A stretch of DNA of 58,220 bases, the filler included, from Stramenopiles sp. TOSAG23-2 (Eukaryota), in the NCBI GenBank assembly GCA_900128395.1. It is 3 parts of 3 records of this genome, joined end to end, with 100 filler letters (N's around TTAATTAATTAA, not from the genome) between each part and the next. Parts side by side here need not be neighbours in the genome. Positions count along the whole stretch, not along the records: positions 19,492 to 38,871 come from LT649584.1; 2 more parts are not named here. One strand, written 5' to 3'. How positions within the stretch are numbered: the first letter of the stretch is position 1; the number at the start of each line of letters is the position of its first letter. The position numbers and the translations under genes were made by a program. Under the pieces are notes generated by a model that worked only from the letters and a program-made list of their open reading frames with translations, searched no databases and had not been told where the DNA came from. Positions 19,771 through 30,775 of this stretch are shown one piece after another.

Positions 19771-21247
19771 ATGAGAGTATTAATATTATTATTAGTAGCA
19801 GCTACTGCCGTAGCAGCACTTGATGATGGATCAACTGTTACCTTGTTTGAAGTAAAAGATAACATTTGTGGTGAAACTGTGAACTTTCCGGCGAAATATG
19901 CCAAATTAGCAGAAAAATTTGACAAAAACTTAAAAGAAGGTACATGTTTAAGCGTCGGTTACACCCAATTTGTTAAAAACACAACGAAAAAAACACCAAT
20001 TGGAACATTTACGGTGGAAGAATTCAAAAAACCATCAACTGTTATTGAAATCCCATTAATTAGAAAAAAGAAAACAATGCAAGAACATCAAAAATTAAAT
20101 GCTTGGAGAGCACAACAAACTGATGGAAATATTGTTTTAAAAAATTTACAAGATTCAGAATATTACGGACCAATTTCCATTGGAACTCCACCACAAGAAT
20201 TCTTGGTTATATTCGATACTGGTTCCAGTAACCTTTGGGTTCCTAGTAGCACTTGTGATAAAACGAAATATCCATCCTGTGCAAATCATACGCTGTATGA
20301 CCATACTAAATCAAAAGATTATAAATCCAATGGGGAAACTTTTACTTTACCATATGGATCCGGTGTATGCTCTGGTTTCTTATCAGAAGATACAATTACA
20401 TGGTCGAATTTCACCATATCTGGTGGTACATTTGGGGAAGTAACGAATGAGCCTGGTGCAGTATGGGAAGAAGTTCCATTTGATGGTATTTGCGGTATGG
20501 GTTTGCCAGGTATTGCAGTTGATAAAGTTACAACACCTTTCACATATTTAATGAATGAAAAAGTTTTGGAAGACAATGTCTTTGGCTTCTATTTATCATC
20601 GGATGAAAAACCAACAAGTGTATTAACTTTAGGTGGAGCGAATAAAGATTATTATGTTGGGGACTTTACATATGTACCAACACAAAAATTTCTTGGCAAT
20701 GCAGGATATTGGTTGATTCATGGTGATGATATCAAAATTGACGGTACCTCTATGGGTTCATGCAAAGGGTTCCTTTCAGGAAATAAATGTCAAATGGTTG
20801 TTGATACTGGTACAAGTGTATTAACAGGCCCGAGTAAAAAAATTGCTCCAATCATTTCAAAAATTGGAAATGTTACTGCTGATTGTTCTAATGTAAACAC
20901 GTTGCCAAACATTACCTTTACGATTGCAGGTAAAGATTTCAATTTATCCCCTGAATTTTATGTCATCAAAGCACCAAATACTCCAGGTGGTCCAGATCAA
21001 TGTCAATTAGGAATAATCTCAATGGATCAGTTGGGTCTATGGATTTTAGGAGGTACGTATACATATATAGTTTTCTCATGAATTTTTTCTTCACATATAT
21101 ATATATATATTCTTTTTATATACTTTTTTATTTAATAGCATCAAACTAACATACATTTATAAATTAGATCCTTTTCTTCGTGCGTATTACAGCGTCTTTG
21201 ATCCTGTTAAGAATCAAGTTGGTTTTGCAACTGCTGTACAACATTAA
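19771..21247 (+). CDS. Secreted/lysosomal pepsin-family (A1, cathepsin D-like) aspartic protease with an extra N-terminal Cys-pair domain; two exons (19771-21052, 21168-21247)
   Basis: Signal peptide; EYYGPISIGTPPQEFLVIFDTGSSNLWVPS; VVDTGTS; splicing gives WILGDPFLRAYYSVFD..VGFA. Confidence 0.92.
21053..21167 (+). other. Spliceosomal intron, 115 nt (GTACGT...ACTAAC...TTAG)
   Basis: Restores the conserved WILGD.FLR motif. Confidence 0.9.
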
Positions 21248-22090
21248 AAAGAGGGAATGTGTAGAAAAATATTATATGTTGCATAAGCATTTATATATTT
21301 TATATATATTAAATATATATATTAATATTGCAAGACAGATTATAATATGATATGCAATGTGTGTATATATATATGTTGTAACACGTAGGTTTCAGTATAT
21401 ATATATATACAAACAAGAATAAGAAAGTCACCAACAATAAAATGAATTTACAAAATACGAAAGTAGGTATCATGTATTACATGTACTAGTGTGGAGTTCA
21501 ACAATAAGGCTAATGGCTGTGGCTAAAAGTTGGAATACCACCAGGTTAAGGTGGTAGTGAATAGTATGACTGTCGAGAGGAGTGACGTAAAATTATACTA
21601 GCTAGTCCTTAGACTAAAAAATATATGTCCTCTTTTACAGGAACTATGTAGCAGTGGTACGCTTTTACGAGGATTTAAGGATGGAATTTTCACTTCAAAC
21701 TTTTGTTGTTGTGTAAGCCTGGTATTCCAGCCATTCATCCACTTTGAGCTCTTTATTTTATTAAGGGATGAAAAATGTAAAAATCCATCGTCAAATATCG
21801 TCACATCGGGATTATTTCAAGACGACCTGTGCACCTGTATATAATACAGTAATAATAATTATTGTTGTTGATTGAATTGAATGAATGAATTAACAGAAGG
21901 AGTAAAATGTACAACATGTGTGTGATATGTTATTGGCAGAAGAAATAATAATTGATGTCACATATACGATACGACATATACATTCACACGCACACGTATA
22001 TAGACTTATACACCCGTGAATAGTAGAATATCTATCTATCTATCTATCTATCTGTATATATATATATATATATATTAACTTTTTTGTTGC

Positions 22091-25000
22091 ATGCCTAAAC
22101 GTTTTAAGTCATTTTCATTGCCCCGTATAAATATTGCAAGTACAAAAAAGAAAAAGAATAATAGAGACAACAACGACAAGGATAATAACTACATTTATAA
22201 TTATAGTTTATTGATGTCTGAGGAAGAACATAATTCGAAAAATACAGCTATGAATACACCTATGAAAAACGATGACGAGGTAGGCAATGGTGTTGATGTA
22301 ATTATGACTTGGAAAAGAAAAGGTTTACCTCATATACTTTTGTTTTTTTCAACTGTAATATTACTTGCAGCATCAATATGTCGCCTTGCACCCGTCGCGG
22401 CTATATATCTACTTTTCTTCTTCATAATTAATCAATTATCATACAAGCATTTATCGTCTTGGATCGTAATATTTACATGCCTAACAATTGTAGCAGTTGT
22501 AACATGTTTGGGGCACGCATTGGTTCTAATATCCAACTCTATTGATTCTTTTAAGTTATCGGAAATTGTTATTAGAACATTTGAACCAGTAGACGTTGTT
22601 AGCGCGGACACTTTTCTATTATATGTCGTGCCTGATATCGTTGTCGCTATTTTCGCTATTCTTGCATTATGCTTTGCAAAGCGTGAACGGCTTCGTATGG
22701 CAAATGCAGTGGAAATGGTTGGAAACTATGAGCACAATGATGAAAGGAAACAATCCGAAGACAATCATGATGTGAACGAGGATAAAAAGTTCATTACGAT
22801 GTCATTTTCAATATGTTGCTGCAGCCAAAAATTCATCAATGATGCATATAGGGCATTTTGGAATTATGGCACAGTACTTGCCTTGTTAACCGGATGTGTT
22901 TTGAATATATCAATCATTACATGTTTCACGTATCTAATATTTCTAGCAACTTTAGTTATTTGGGGTGCCAGAATTGGACGATTTCGATTTTTTTATGAAA
23001 AAAGTATTTTTTTAATTAAAAATTTTATATTTTTCGTTGTGATATCATGGTATGTAAGTTTGCTATGTACAGCAGATGACTCAAATTTAGAGAACGATTT
23101 AGACAAAGTTTTTTATAATATTGGATTTCGTGGTTTGAGTTGGAAAGAACCAAATTGGTACAATTGGGGTTCGTATTTTTCATTTTTATTTCTATTTTTA
23201 GGATGTACGCATATTGAAAGTATGCGCAGTCAAATGTTGTATTCCTCAAATTTATTTTACAAAAATAACAGCAAGAATGATGATGAAAGGATTCAAGACG
23301 AATCGTTTATGGAACAAGCAAGTAAATCATTACTAGAAAACGATGCAATGTCATTAGAAAACGATAACCATAGAGTATTAACGATAACAGAAGGAAAGGA
23401 GACGTTCTCAAAGCACCCTTCGTCATATATGTCGTCGGTAACTGGATTTTTTAACATGGAAATATCAAAATCCACACATACAGCAATATTTGTCGGTTTA
23501 GTACTTTTATGGCCATGTACATTCCCAACAGCTACAATATTATTTATGCCATTGGTACTATGGGCCACTTTGGCATTATGTTTGTCATTTACGCCAATTA
23601 TTAATACATTAACGCATCGGAGAACATTAACTTTTATATATATGTATTCAATATTATTATCATTAACAATGTTTATATGTGACTTGCATGTAATAAAATA
23701 CTCGTTTGGGATAAGTAAGGATTCATCAAGCGTGGATACGTTGCCGTCCTTTCTTGGCGTTGCATGGTCGTCATTGGGCGGAAAAAGAATTTTTACACAA
23801 TCTATCGTCTTAATGATATTGTCATGGAATTTACGTGCCCTAAGTGATAGAAAATATGTTGAAATGATACCACATGTTTCCACTGATACTTACAGCGACG
23901 ATGATAACGAAAGTAACAACAACAATAGTAGTAAAAGCACCAGTAACGAAGATAATGCCACGTTAAAGTCTAGTATCGAAACAAAGGAAAAGAATCGAAA
24001 TAACAAAAAAATTTCCAAATATAATAATGAAAAGAGCACAATTTCGGATGAAAATTTAAATATTGGATGGAATGAAAATTTTAGTATATTGAGAAACGTT
24101 TCGAATGAATTTGTTCACTTTCTCAATGACGCGTTACGTACCTTAGAGGTACTTGTCAATATTTTCATAATAAGTTGCACAACATATACATATGTATTGG
24201 TCTTGATTGTCATATATTTATGCGGTTTAACTTCTGTCAATGTACTAAATGCTATCTATCTATTATTTTTCGTCGTGTTTATTATAAATTCAAAATGGAG
24301 AAAACGATATTGGCGTGCATTAGTCGTCTATGCTTCATGTGTTGTATTTTTTAAATACATCTGGAAATGCTTCCCAACGTTGCTTCCAGCTCAAATTTTG
24401 GGTTTAACAGATGGACCTAAAAAATTAGAAATGTTTGGTTTATTTTTCTCTAGTGGCACACACGTGCAAGAAAATCAAATTGATTTCTTCTTTTCATTTA
24501 TTATATTGATGTTTTCATCATGGCAACTAACTATGTATTCAACAAATACTCAAAGAAATGGACAAACCCATCTTACGAAAGCGAAACGAAAATTGTCACC
24601 TTTTTTTTCTAATTTACTAGACTTACCATCACGCATGTATGCTGAAATTGGATTAATATCTACGTCTATTGCGGTTTTGATATGCAGCCTTATGTCACCA
24701 ACGTTGTTTAATTTCTTTGGTGTGATCAATGTAGCTGGTGTTTGGTATTTTGCAAGTGACCCTTTGATAGATCAAAACATTAAGACGAAAAAGTTACGTT
24801 GGTGGCTTTTTATTTTTATAATTATCGAAGGCATCTGTTTAATAGCGTTGTATCTATATCAATTTAAATTCATGCGAGTGAACGCAATCAACTCTATATT
24901 TCAATGCAACTGCGATTTTGAAATTGTTGATCAGAATGAATGGCAATGCAAACCGAATGCCACAGCAGCGTCAATGTTGACAAATGGAACAAAGCCTTCC

Positions 25001-28000
25001 AATAGCAATACCTTTTGTAACTTCCTATCGCAAAGTGAAGTTGGATTGCGTAATTTGAATCATTTTGAAAATAATATTGATGCTGTTGATCCGTTTGTAT
25101 GGTTAAAATCACCACTTACGTATGGCCTATTGCCGCGCTTAATTTCATTTGTTTTATTTGTGTTTCAATTCCAATATTTGGGGAGCAGCATGGCTCGTAA
25201 AGGTGTTAGACTGTCTCAGCGAAAAGTCGTTGATGATATGTATTTCGCAATGGTAGAAGAAGACGAAGAATTAGATGCCAACGGCAATGATGATGTTACA
25301 AATGAAGAGAACGGCGAGAATGGGAAACGCAGGAAGTCGCAAAATGACGATTTCTACAAAACGTTGGTTACAGCATATAAAACTTTATTGGACGTATTGA
25401 TATATCTAGTATATTACTACGGCGGTTTGATCGGGATGGCGATTTCTGTTTTCTTAATAGTTGATGAGCCATCCGCCATAAATTTTGTATTAATGTGTTG
25501 CCTTGTATTTGTAGTGTTGTTCTCAAGCAAAAATTCTTGGTGCAACAGATGCTCCAATAAAACAGAAGGACACATGCCTTTGTGGTATGGAGCTTGGCGT
25601 GTAACATTTTTTTTCGGCTTGTTTCGCGGATTAGCTTTATGGATTTACCAATATCATTCCATACAGTCATTAACAGATACATATGAATGTTGGATCGAGT
25701 GGATAGGATTGTTTAAAGCCTGGGAAGCTGATTTACCGCACTCGTGTAAGGATAATACGACATGGAAACGAAGTGCATGGCCTATGATGTACGAGCTGAG
25801 CCAAAACGATATTTTTCTAGTGATGGCAAGTTTATGCGTTCGTTACTCTATATCTTACAAGTGTGATGCCGAAGAAATCGATCGAACATGGAAACGGGAA
25901 GAAGAAGAATCATATATTTATAAATCGAAGAGTATTACAGAAAAAGAGCAGAAACGCGACGATGATAACGAAGGTGAAACTATGAAAACAGACGAAGATG
26001 ATGTTAAATATAAAGTACAACGGCGATATCGGTTGTGGCACATTGGTCTACGAGCAGCTATGCGAGAATATTTCACATTTTATGCTGCATTTGATATTAC
26101 GGTTTTTATGCTCTTGGTGGCATCAATATCGCATTTAGATGCCTTTGCTATCATATACATGTCTTTTGTAGTTGGGGCTATATTTAGCAATTCACGCGTG
26201 TTGAATACTAACATTTGGAAATTATTGAAATTTTTCATCGCAGTTGCCATCATTATTAGATATGCAGCAGAGATAAAATTTCCAGAAGATACTACACTAT
26301 TAAAACGTTGGATGATATATTTGAACGATGCTAATATGAACATCTTGCCTGGAATAACATCCTGGTTAGGATTGGACCAATCTTCCGCTACAGGTAAATC
26401 ATGGTCCTTTGATTTTGTCACATTAGTGGCATCTGTGATGCATATTGAAGTAGTTCAAAATTTTGAGCAGAAGAGGGGCAAATCGTTAAGAAATTCTGCT
26501 GACTTTGTCCCGTCAATTTCAAACTTAGACGATTATACATCAAATACTTCAGGCATTTGGGATAAGTTACAACTGGTGGTGACGGAAAATATTACACTTT
26601 TTGCTGTATTTATTTTACTCGTCTCAGGAGCATTTCTTGCGGCAAATGATTACAATTTTTTTGCATTTTCATACATCGTTTGTGCATCAAATTTAATTTT
26701 ATCTAGAAAAGGGGCGAGACAAATCAAAGCTATACGACGCATTCGTAAATTTAATGCCCTGATCTTCTTTGTCATTGTCCTATATCAAATTCCGTTTATA
26801 AATATATCCTTGGATTCAGTTGAATATGAGGCGATTCATGGAAGTATGCCGAAGATCCCATACAATTGTATGGGATCTTCCAAAGTCTGGTGTCAATATA
26901 GAACATTTTTTGACTTATATAAATATGCACCAGTCGGATATAAGAATATAACAACTATATCTTGTGGATGCGCAATTAATGGTACGAAACACGTTTGCAT
27001 TCATCGTTGCATAAATGCGTTTGAGGAGCCTTATTTAATGTCAAGCCATTTAGCTGTTTTTCTTGTCTTAACAGTCGTCTTCCATTTCCAACTTCATCCT
27101 GCATACAAAATGTTTAGTATTCCACACTTGATACGAACTTCACAATTAAATGCTTCTTTAGTAAAAAACACTGCTGAAAAAGAGAAACAAATAATTGCTT
27201 TGTCTTGGTTGAAAAGGATCCAATCACAATTTTTGATGGAACAACGATTACGCACAGTAATAAAGAAGGTAGAAGTGTGGCAGCATGAAGTACGTAATGG
27301 TGGTTTGACTGGAAAGGAGACGTTAACTGAAATATTACCAACTGCACCAACAAATTTGAAAGTTAAGAAAATAACTTTTCAAGAAGATGCATTTGAAAAT
27401 GTAAAAACAATATTAAGTTGGGATTCCAATAATGATGGAGATGATAAAACTGCAAAAACATTAGGAATTTTTTACAAAATAGCTGTACAAAAATACCCGT
27501 CTCTTACTTTGCTGGGAAATTTTGATATTGTGGCTAAGATAGAAGGTAAAAATGAAGCGATTTTGGACTCATTGGAGCCAAACACACTGTACGAAGTGAA
27601 AGTATGTGCATATAATAATGTAGGGGAAAGTTTATATTCCGATGTCTGCAAATTTAAAACAGCGCCCTCATCTACAAGTAATATAAAGAGAAAGAAGAAT
27701 ACACCGACCCTTGATAGTGTAAATATATACGACGATGACGAAGAGAAGGTATCCTCAAGTCAGGAGGAAAAAGAGAGTGAGAAGGACAAACAGGAAGAGG
27801 CATTTTCTGGAGCCAGTCTTGAACAAGAAAATCGAGATGCGTGTTGTAAATGTTGCTCTAAAGGATGCAGAAACATGTGTGCTTATTTTACCAGCCACAC
27901 CGAAAATTTGTGCATTTTTACTGCATTGCTATCAACGTGGATTAATTTCTCATTTTGGACAATACTGTATCCTGTCGTCATATTTTGTTATGGCATGTTG

Positions 28001-30526
28001 GAAAGAAAACGAGATAGATATAAACTTTGGAAATTTTTATTGCGTTATACTCTTTTGATCTTGAATCTGAAATATTTTCTGGAAATTATAAACGCAATAT
28101 TTGGATACCACAATACGGAACTACCATTTCAAGATTTTTTCTTGATACCACCCGAGTCACAAGCTACAAGCAGCTGGTCTTTTTGGTTTATGGAATTGCT
28201 ATTGGTTACTACAATTTTATTTCATCGCTATTGCAGTCAACAAAATGGTCTATGGCCATTGCAGCGAACGGTAGCGATTAGCAACGAATATGCAGTCATT
28301 ATAGGTAACAGCGGCGGTATTGAAGAGGATGAAAATTCGGATTCGAACGAGAAGCATAACAATGATTGGACTGATGAAATTGCAGATACTTACAACCAGA
28401 AGAAAGAAGCATCGGCAAAAATTGATATTGTTGGTACGAAGAAAACTCTAATGGAGTATTTTAATACAGTTGCGCCTATTTATGTCCCAAAAGATGTTAT
28501 ATCTCATGGAAGCGAATTAAAATTAGACTTTACTGATGATAAGGGCAAAGACGACAAGACCCTGAGCGTAGATGACCAAAATAAAATTTTCTTGCACGTT
28601 ATGGAAGTGACAAATAACAAGTATATGTTAAAAAAACCAGGCAGATACTATTACGGCCATATGTTTGGATTACTAATGTTGTCTGCGATATGGATGTACC
28701 TTCGCCACGTGCTTGGAGTTGACAATGAAGGAAGTTTATTTTCGCAAGATCCATTTACGTTCATGTTTGTTGCGGTTCGTATTTTTTTTGCTGTTTTGTC
28801 TGACAGACGGGCGTACGTGGTAGCAAATTTACGGTGGAAGCTTGTACACCATTATGCCTTCGTATTTATGATGATATGGCAAATGTGCTACCGCGTTTTG
28901 GATAAAAAAGGCTCGGATGGCAAGGCTGAAAATATTGATAGTGTATTATTCGTCATCGACTGTATCTATTTGGCCATCAGTGCTAAGCAAATTCGGCATG
29001 GCTACTTCGTATTAGCTCGCGATCGTAGCCCATTATTTACTCGCTTCGGTTACGGGACGTGGATGTCAATACTTTTTAAAACATATACCAGTATACCATT
29101 CCTAGCAACGATGCGTTCAATTTTTGATTACATGCTATCAGAAACATCTATGGACGTCTTTATGTGGATTAAATTAGACGACATTTATCAAAAATTGTTT
29201 TACGTCAAATGCGAAATGGATTATCGACGGCGGTTTGGTGAAGTTTTGGCAGGGAAAGAGGAAATGCCTCGAATTTGGAAAATTATATATGCGGATCTGT
29301 TTTTTTATATTATTTACGCTTTGCTTATATTACCATTCCTTCTTGGTCTTAATGACAGCAATATTGCATCCGAGACGCAATTTCCCTTAGTGGAATTTGC
29401 TGTAGGAAAAATACGTATGGATTTCGAGAGCGTCAAGTATCGTAATGGGAACATAAATTTATATGATGTCAATTCAGAAAATCGCGTCACAGTTGACAAT
29501 AGTGGTACTGAAAGTCACGACCAACAAATCTTATTTCCAAATGTGGGTGATTCAAGTTGGAATCCACCAGTACCAATTGCATTCAACATACAAAGAGGAA
29601 TGATGGATGTTAACGAAACCAAAAAACTAATCATTGACCTTACTATCAAATACGAAATCTGCAGTGGCAACGAAGAATCGTGCACGAATCAGGCGCCGAA
29701 TTCGTTCCTGTTGAGCATAGAAATTTCATTAGAGAACGAGGAAGTGCGTTTGAACTTCAGTAAGGCGATCGATTTATATATTAACAGTACTAGTGATAAA
29801 ACATTATACGACAAAGGAACATTAAATGAAAGCCAAGATAGAGAAATAGAAATTAATGGTTTGGTCTACGATTATTGTATTAAAAAAGACGAATTGTTTG
29901 ATCCGTGTAATACCACTAAAAAAGAAAATAAACTAAAAAAGCTGCAGATTAAATTTATTCAGTCCAGCTTATATAATTTTTATTGGGAATTTAATACAGC
30001 GATAAGCAATAGTCTCATAACCAATAGTTTTGACAATATGGACGAGGTGCAGAATAGCTTAGAGTTCAAAAGTATACCACATGTAGCTACAACTATCTCA
30101 GCGGCAATCAAAAGTATTGTGAATACCTTACCTGGTGGTGGTGGTGGCAGCGGAACAGAAAATGCCGGTTACGTAATTTTTTTAATATTTGTTGCGTATA
30201 ATACATATTTAGTCAGTTTTTTACGGGGTTGGTTTAACACCCAAATGTATGAAATTCCATACAGTGAAATGAAATATCCCGATTTGTTAATTGATTTATG
30301 TCATGGTTTATATATATTGCGGAATGAGCGATATAAAGGGCATATGGCAGACGAAATTCAGCTATATTATTTTCTGTTAGATATCATTAAATCATCAACA
30401 ACGTTACAACGGTTGACGTGGAAAAAACCTGCTGATATAAATGATATAAATAACAATGGCAATGATGACGATGATATCATCAGTCGTAACAATATTCGAC
30501 GAAGGACGATTATTTTGAGGGATTGA
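22091..30526 (+). CDS. PIEZO: Piezo-type mechanosensitive channel with an inserted fibronectin type III domain
   Basis: 2811-aa ORF with many 4-TM units; anchor motif YTSIPFLATMRSIFDYMLSETSMDVFMWIKLDDIYQKLFYVKC; CTD IPYSEMKYPDLLIDLCHGLYILR..EIQLYYFLLDIIKSSTTLQRLT. Confidence 0.9.
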   Translation: MPKRFKSFSLPRINIASTKKKKNNRDNNDKDNNYIYNYSLLMSEEEHNSKNTAMNTPMKNDDEVGNGVDVIMTWKRKGLPHILLFFSTVILLAASICRLAPVAAIYLLFFFIINQLSYKHLSSWIVIFTCLTIVAVVTCLGHALVLISNSIDSFKLSEIVIRTFEPVDVVSADTFLLYVVPDIVVAIFAILALCFAKRERLRMANAVEMVGNYEHNDERKQSEDNHDVNEDKKFITMSFSICCCSQKFINDAYRAFWNYGTVLALLTGCVLNISIITCFTYLIFLATLVIWGARIGRFRFFYEKSIFLIKNFIFFVVISWYVSLLCTADDSNLENDLDKVFYNIGFRGLSWKEPNWYNWGSYFSFLFLFLGCTHIESMRSQMLYSSNLFYKNNSKNDDERIQDESFMEQASKSLLENDAMSLENDNHRVLTITEGKETFSKHPSSYMSSVTGFFNMEISKSTHTAIFVGLVLLWPCTFPTATILFMPLVLWATLALCLSFTPIINTLTHRRTLTFIYMYSILLSLTMFICDLHVIKYSFGISKDSSSVDTLPSFLGVAWSSLGGKRIFTQSIVLMILSWNLRALSDRKYVEMIPHVSTDTYSDDDNESNNNNSSKSTSNEDNATLKSSIETKEKNRNNKKISKYNNEKSTISDENLNIGWNENFSILRNVSNEFVHFLNDALRTLEVLVNIFIISCTTYTYVLVLIVIYLCGLTSVNVLNAIYLLFFVVFIINSKWRKRYWRALVVYASCVVFFKYIWKCFPTLLPAQILGLTDGPKKLEMFGLFFSSGTHVQENQIDFFFSFIILMFSSWQLTMYSTNTQRNGQTHLTKAKRKLSPFFSNLLDLPSRMYAEIGLISTSIAVLICSLMSPTLFNFFGVINVAGVWYFASDPLIDQNIKTKKLRWWLFIFIIIEGICLIALYLYQFKFMRVNAINSIFQCNCDFEIVDQNEWQCKPNATAASMLTNGTKPSNSNTFCNFLSQSEVGLRNLNHFENNIDAVDPFVWLKSPLTYGLLPRLISFVLFVFQFQYLGSSMARKGVRLSQRKVVDDMYFAMVEEDEELDANGNDDVTNEENGENGKRRKSQNDDFYKTLVTAYKTLLDVLIYLVYYYGGLIGMAISVFLIVDEPSAINFVLMCCLVFVVLFSSKNSWCNRCSNKTEGHMPLWYGAWRVTFFFGLFRGLALWIYQYHSIQSLTDTYECWIEWIGLFKAWEADLPHSCKDNTTWKRSAWPMMYELSQNDIFLVMASLCVRYSISYKCDAEEIDRTWKREEEESYIYKSKSITEKEQKRDDDNEGETMKTDEDDVKYKVQRRYRLWHIGLRAAMREYFTFYAAFDITVFMLLVASISHLDAFAIIYMSFVVGAIFSNSRVLNTNIWKLLKFFIAVAIIIRYAAEIKFPEDTTLLKRWMIYLNDANMNILPGITSWLGLDQSSATGKSWSFDFVTLVASVMHIEVVQNFEQKRGKSLRNSADFVPSISNLDDYTSNTSGIWDKLQLVVTENITLFAVFILLVSGAFLAANDYNFFAFSYIVCASNLILSRKGARQIKAIRRIRKFNALIFFVIVLYQIPFINISLDSVEYEAIHGSMPKIPYNCMGSSKVWCQYRTFFDLYKYAPVGYKNITTISCGCAINGTKHVCIHRCINAFEEPYLMSSHLAVFLVLTVVFHFQLHPAYKMFSIPHLIRTSQLNASLVKNTAEKEKQIIALSWLKRIQSQFLMEQRLRTVIKKVEVWQHEVRNGGLTGKETLTEILPTAPTNLKVKKITFQEDAFENVKTILSWDSNNDGDDKTAKTLGIFYKIAVQKYPSLTLLGNFDIVAKIEGKNEAILDSLEPNTLYEVKVCAYNNVGESLYSDVCKFKTAPSSTSNIKRKKNTPTLDSVNIYDDDEEKVSSSQEEKESEKDKQEEAFSGASLEQENRDACCKCCSKGCRNMCAYFTSHTENLCIFTALLSTWINFSFWTILYPVVIFCYGMLERKRDRYKLWKFLLRYTLLILNLKYFLEIINAIFGYHNTELPFQDFFLIPPESQATSSWSFWFMELLLVTTILFHRYCSQQNGLWPLQRTVAISNEYAVIIGNSGGIEEDENSDSNEKHNNDWTDEIADTYNQKKEASAKIDIVGTKKTLMEYFNTVAPIYVPKDVISHGSELKLDFTDDKGKDDKTLSVDDQNKIFLHVMEVTNNKYMLKKPGRYYYGHMFGLLMLSAIWMYLRHVLGVDNEGSLFSQDPFTFMFVAVRIFFAVLSDRRAYVVANLRWKLVHHYAFVFMMIWQMCYRVLDKKGSDGKAENIDSVLFVIDCIYLAISAKQIRHGYFVLARDRSPLFTRFGYGTWMSILFKTYTSIPFLATMRSIFDYMLSETSMDVFMWIKLDDIYQKLFYVKCEMDYRRRFGEVLAGKEEMPRIWKIIYADLFFYIIYALLILPFLLGLNDSNIASETQFPLVEFAVGKIRMDFESVKYRNGNINLYDVNSENRVTVDNSGTESHDQQILFPNVGDSSWNPPVPIAFNIQRGMMDVNETKKLIIDLTIKYEICSGNEESCTNQAPNSFLLSIEISLENEEVRLNFSKAIDLYINSTSDKTLYDKGTLNESQDREIEINGLVYDYCIKKDELFDPCNTTKKENKLKKLQIKFIQSSLYNFYWEFNTAISNSLITNSFDNMDEVQNSLEFKSIPHVATTISAAIKSIVNTLPGGGGGSGTENAGYVIFLIFVAYNTYLVSFLRGWFNTQMYEIPYSEMKYPDLLIDLCHGLYILRNERYKGHMADEIQLYYFLLDIIKSSTTLQRLTWKKPADINDINNNGNDDDDIISRNNIRRRTIILRD

Positions 30527-30775
30527 GTGGGCATATTCATACGAGTACGTATCATATAACTGTCTAAAAAAATTTTTTTCCAACAAAAATGATTGATTTT
30601 GCGCATAACATTAGTGCACGAGGTTTTTTGATAGTAAAATATGTGTAATTTGTACTTATTAGTATAATAAAATTTTATTTGTCCCTTTCTCCTATCGAAG
30701 AAAAACAACTAATACGTAAAATATATAAAGTTACCTGGACCGATTGTGCCGTATATTTGTTTATTAATTTTTTTT

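Noticed and set aside
21500..21840. GC-richer intergenic stretch upstream of Piezo as an ncRNA or tRNA
   Set aside because: No cloverleaf, snRNA or snoRNA boxes recognised; more likely promoter sequence.
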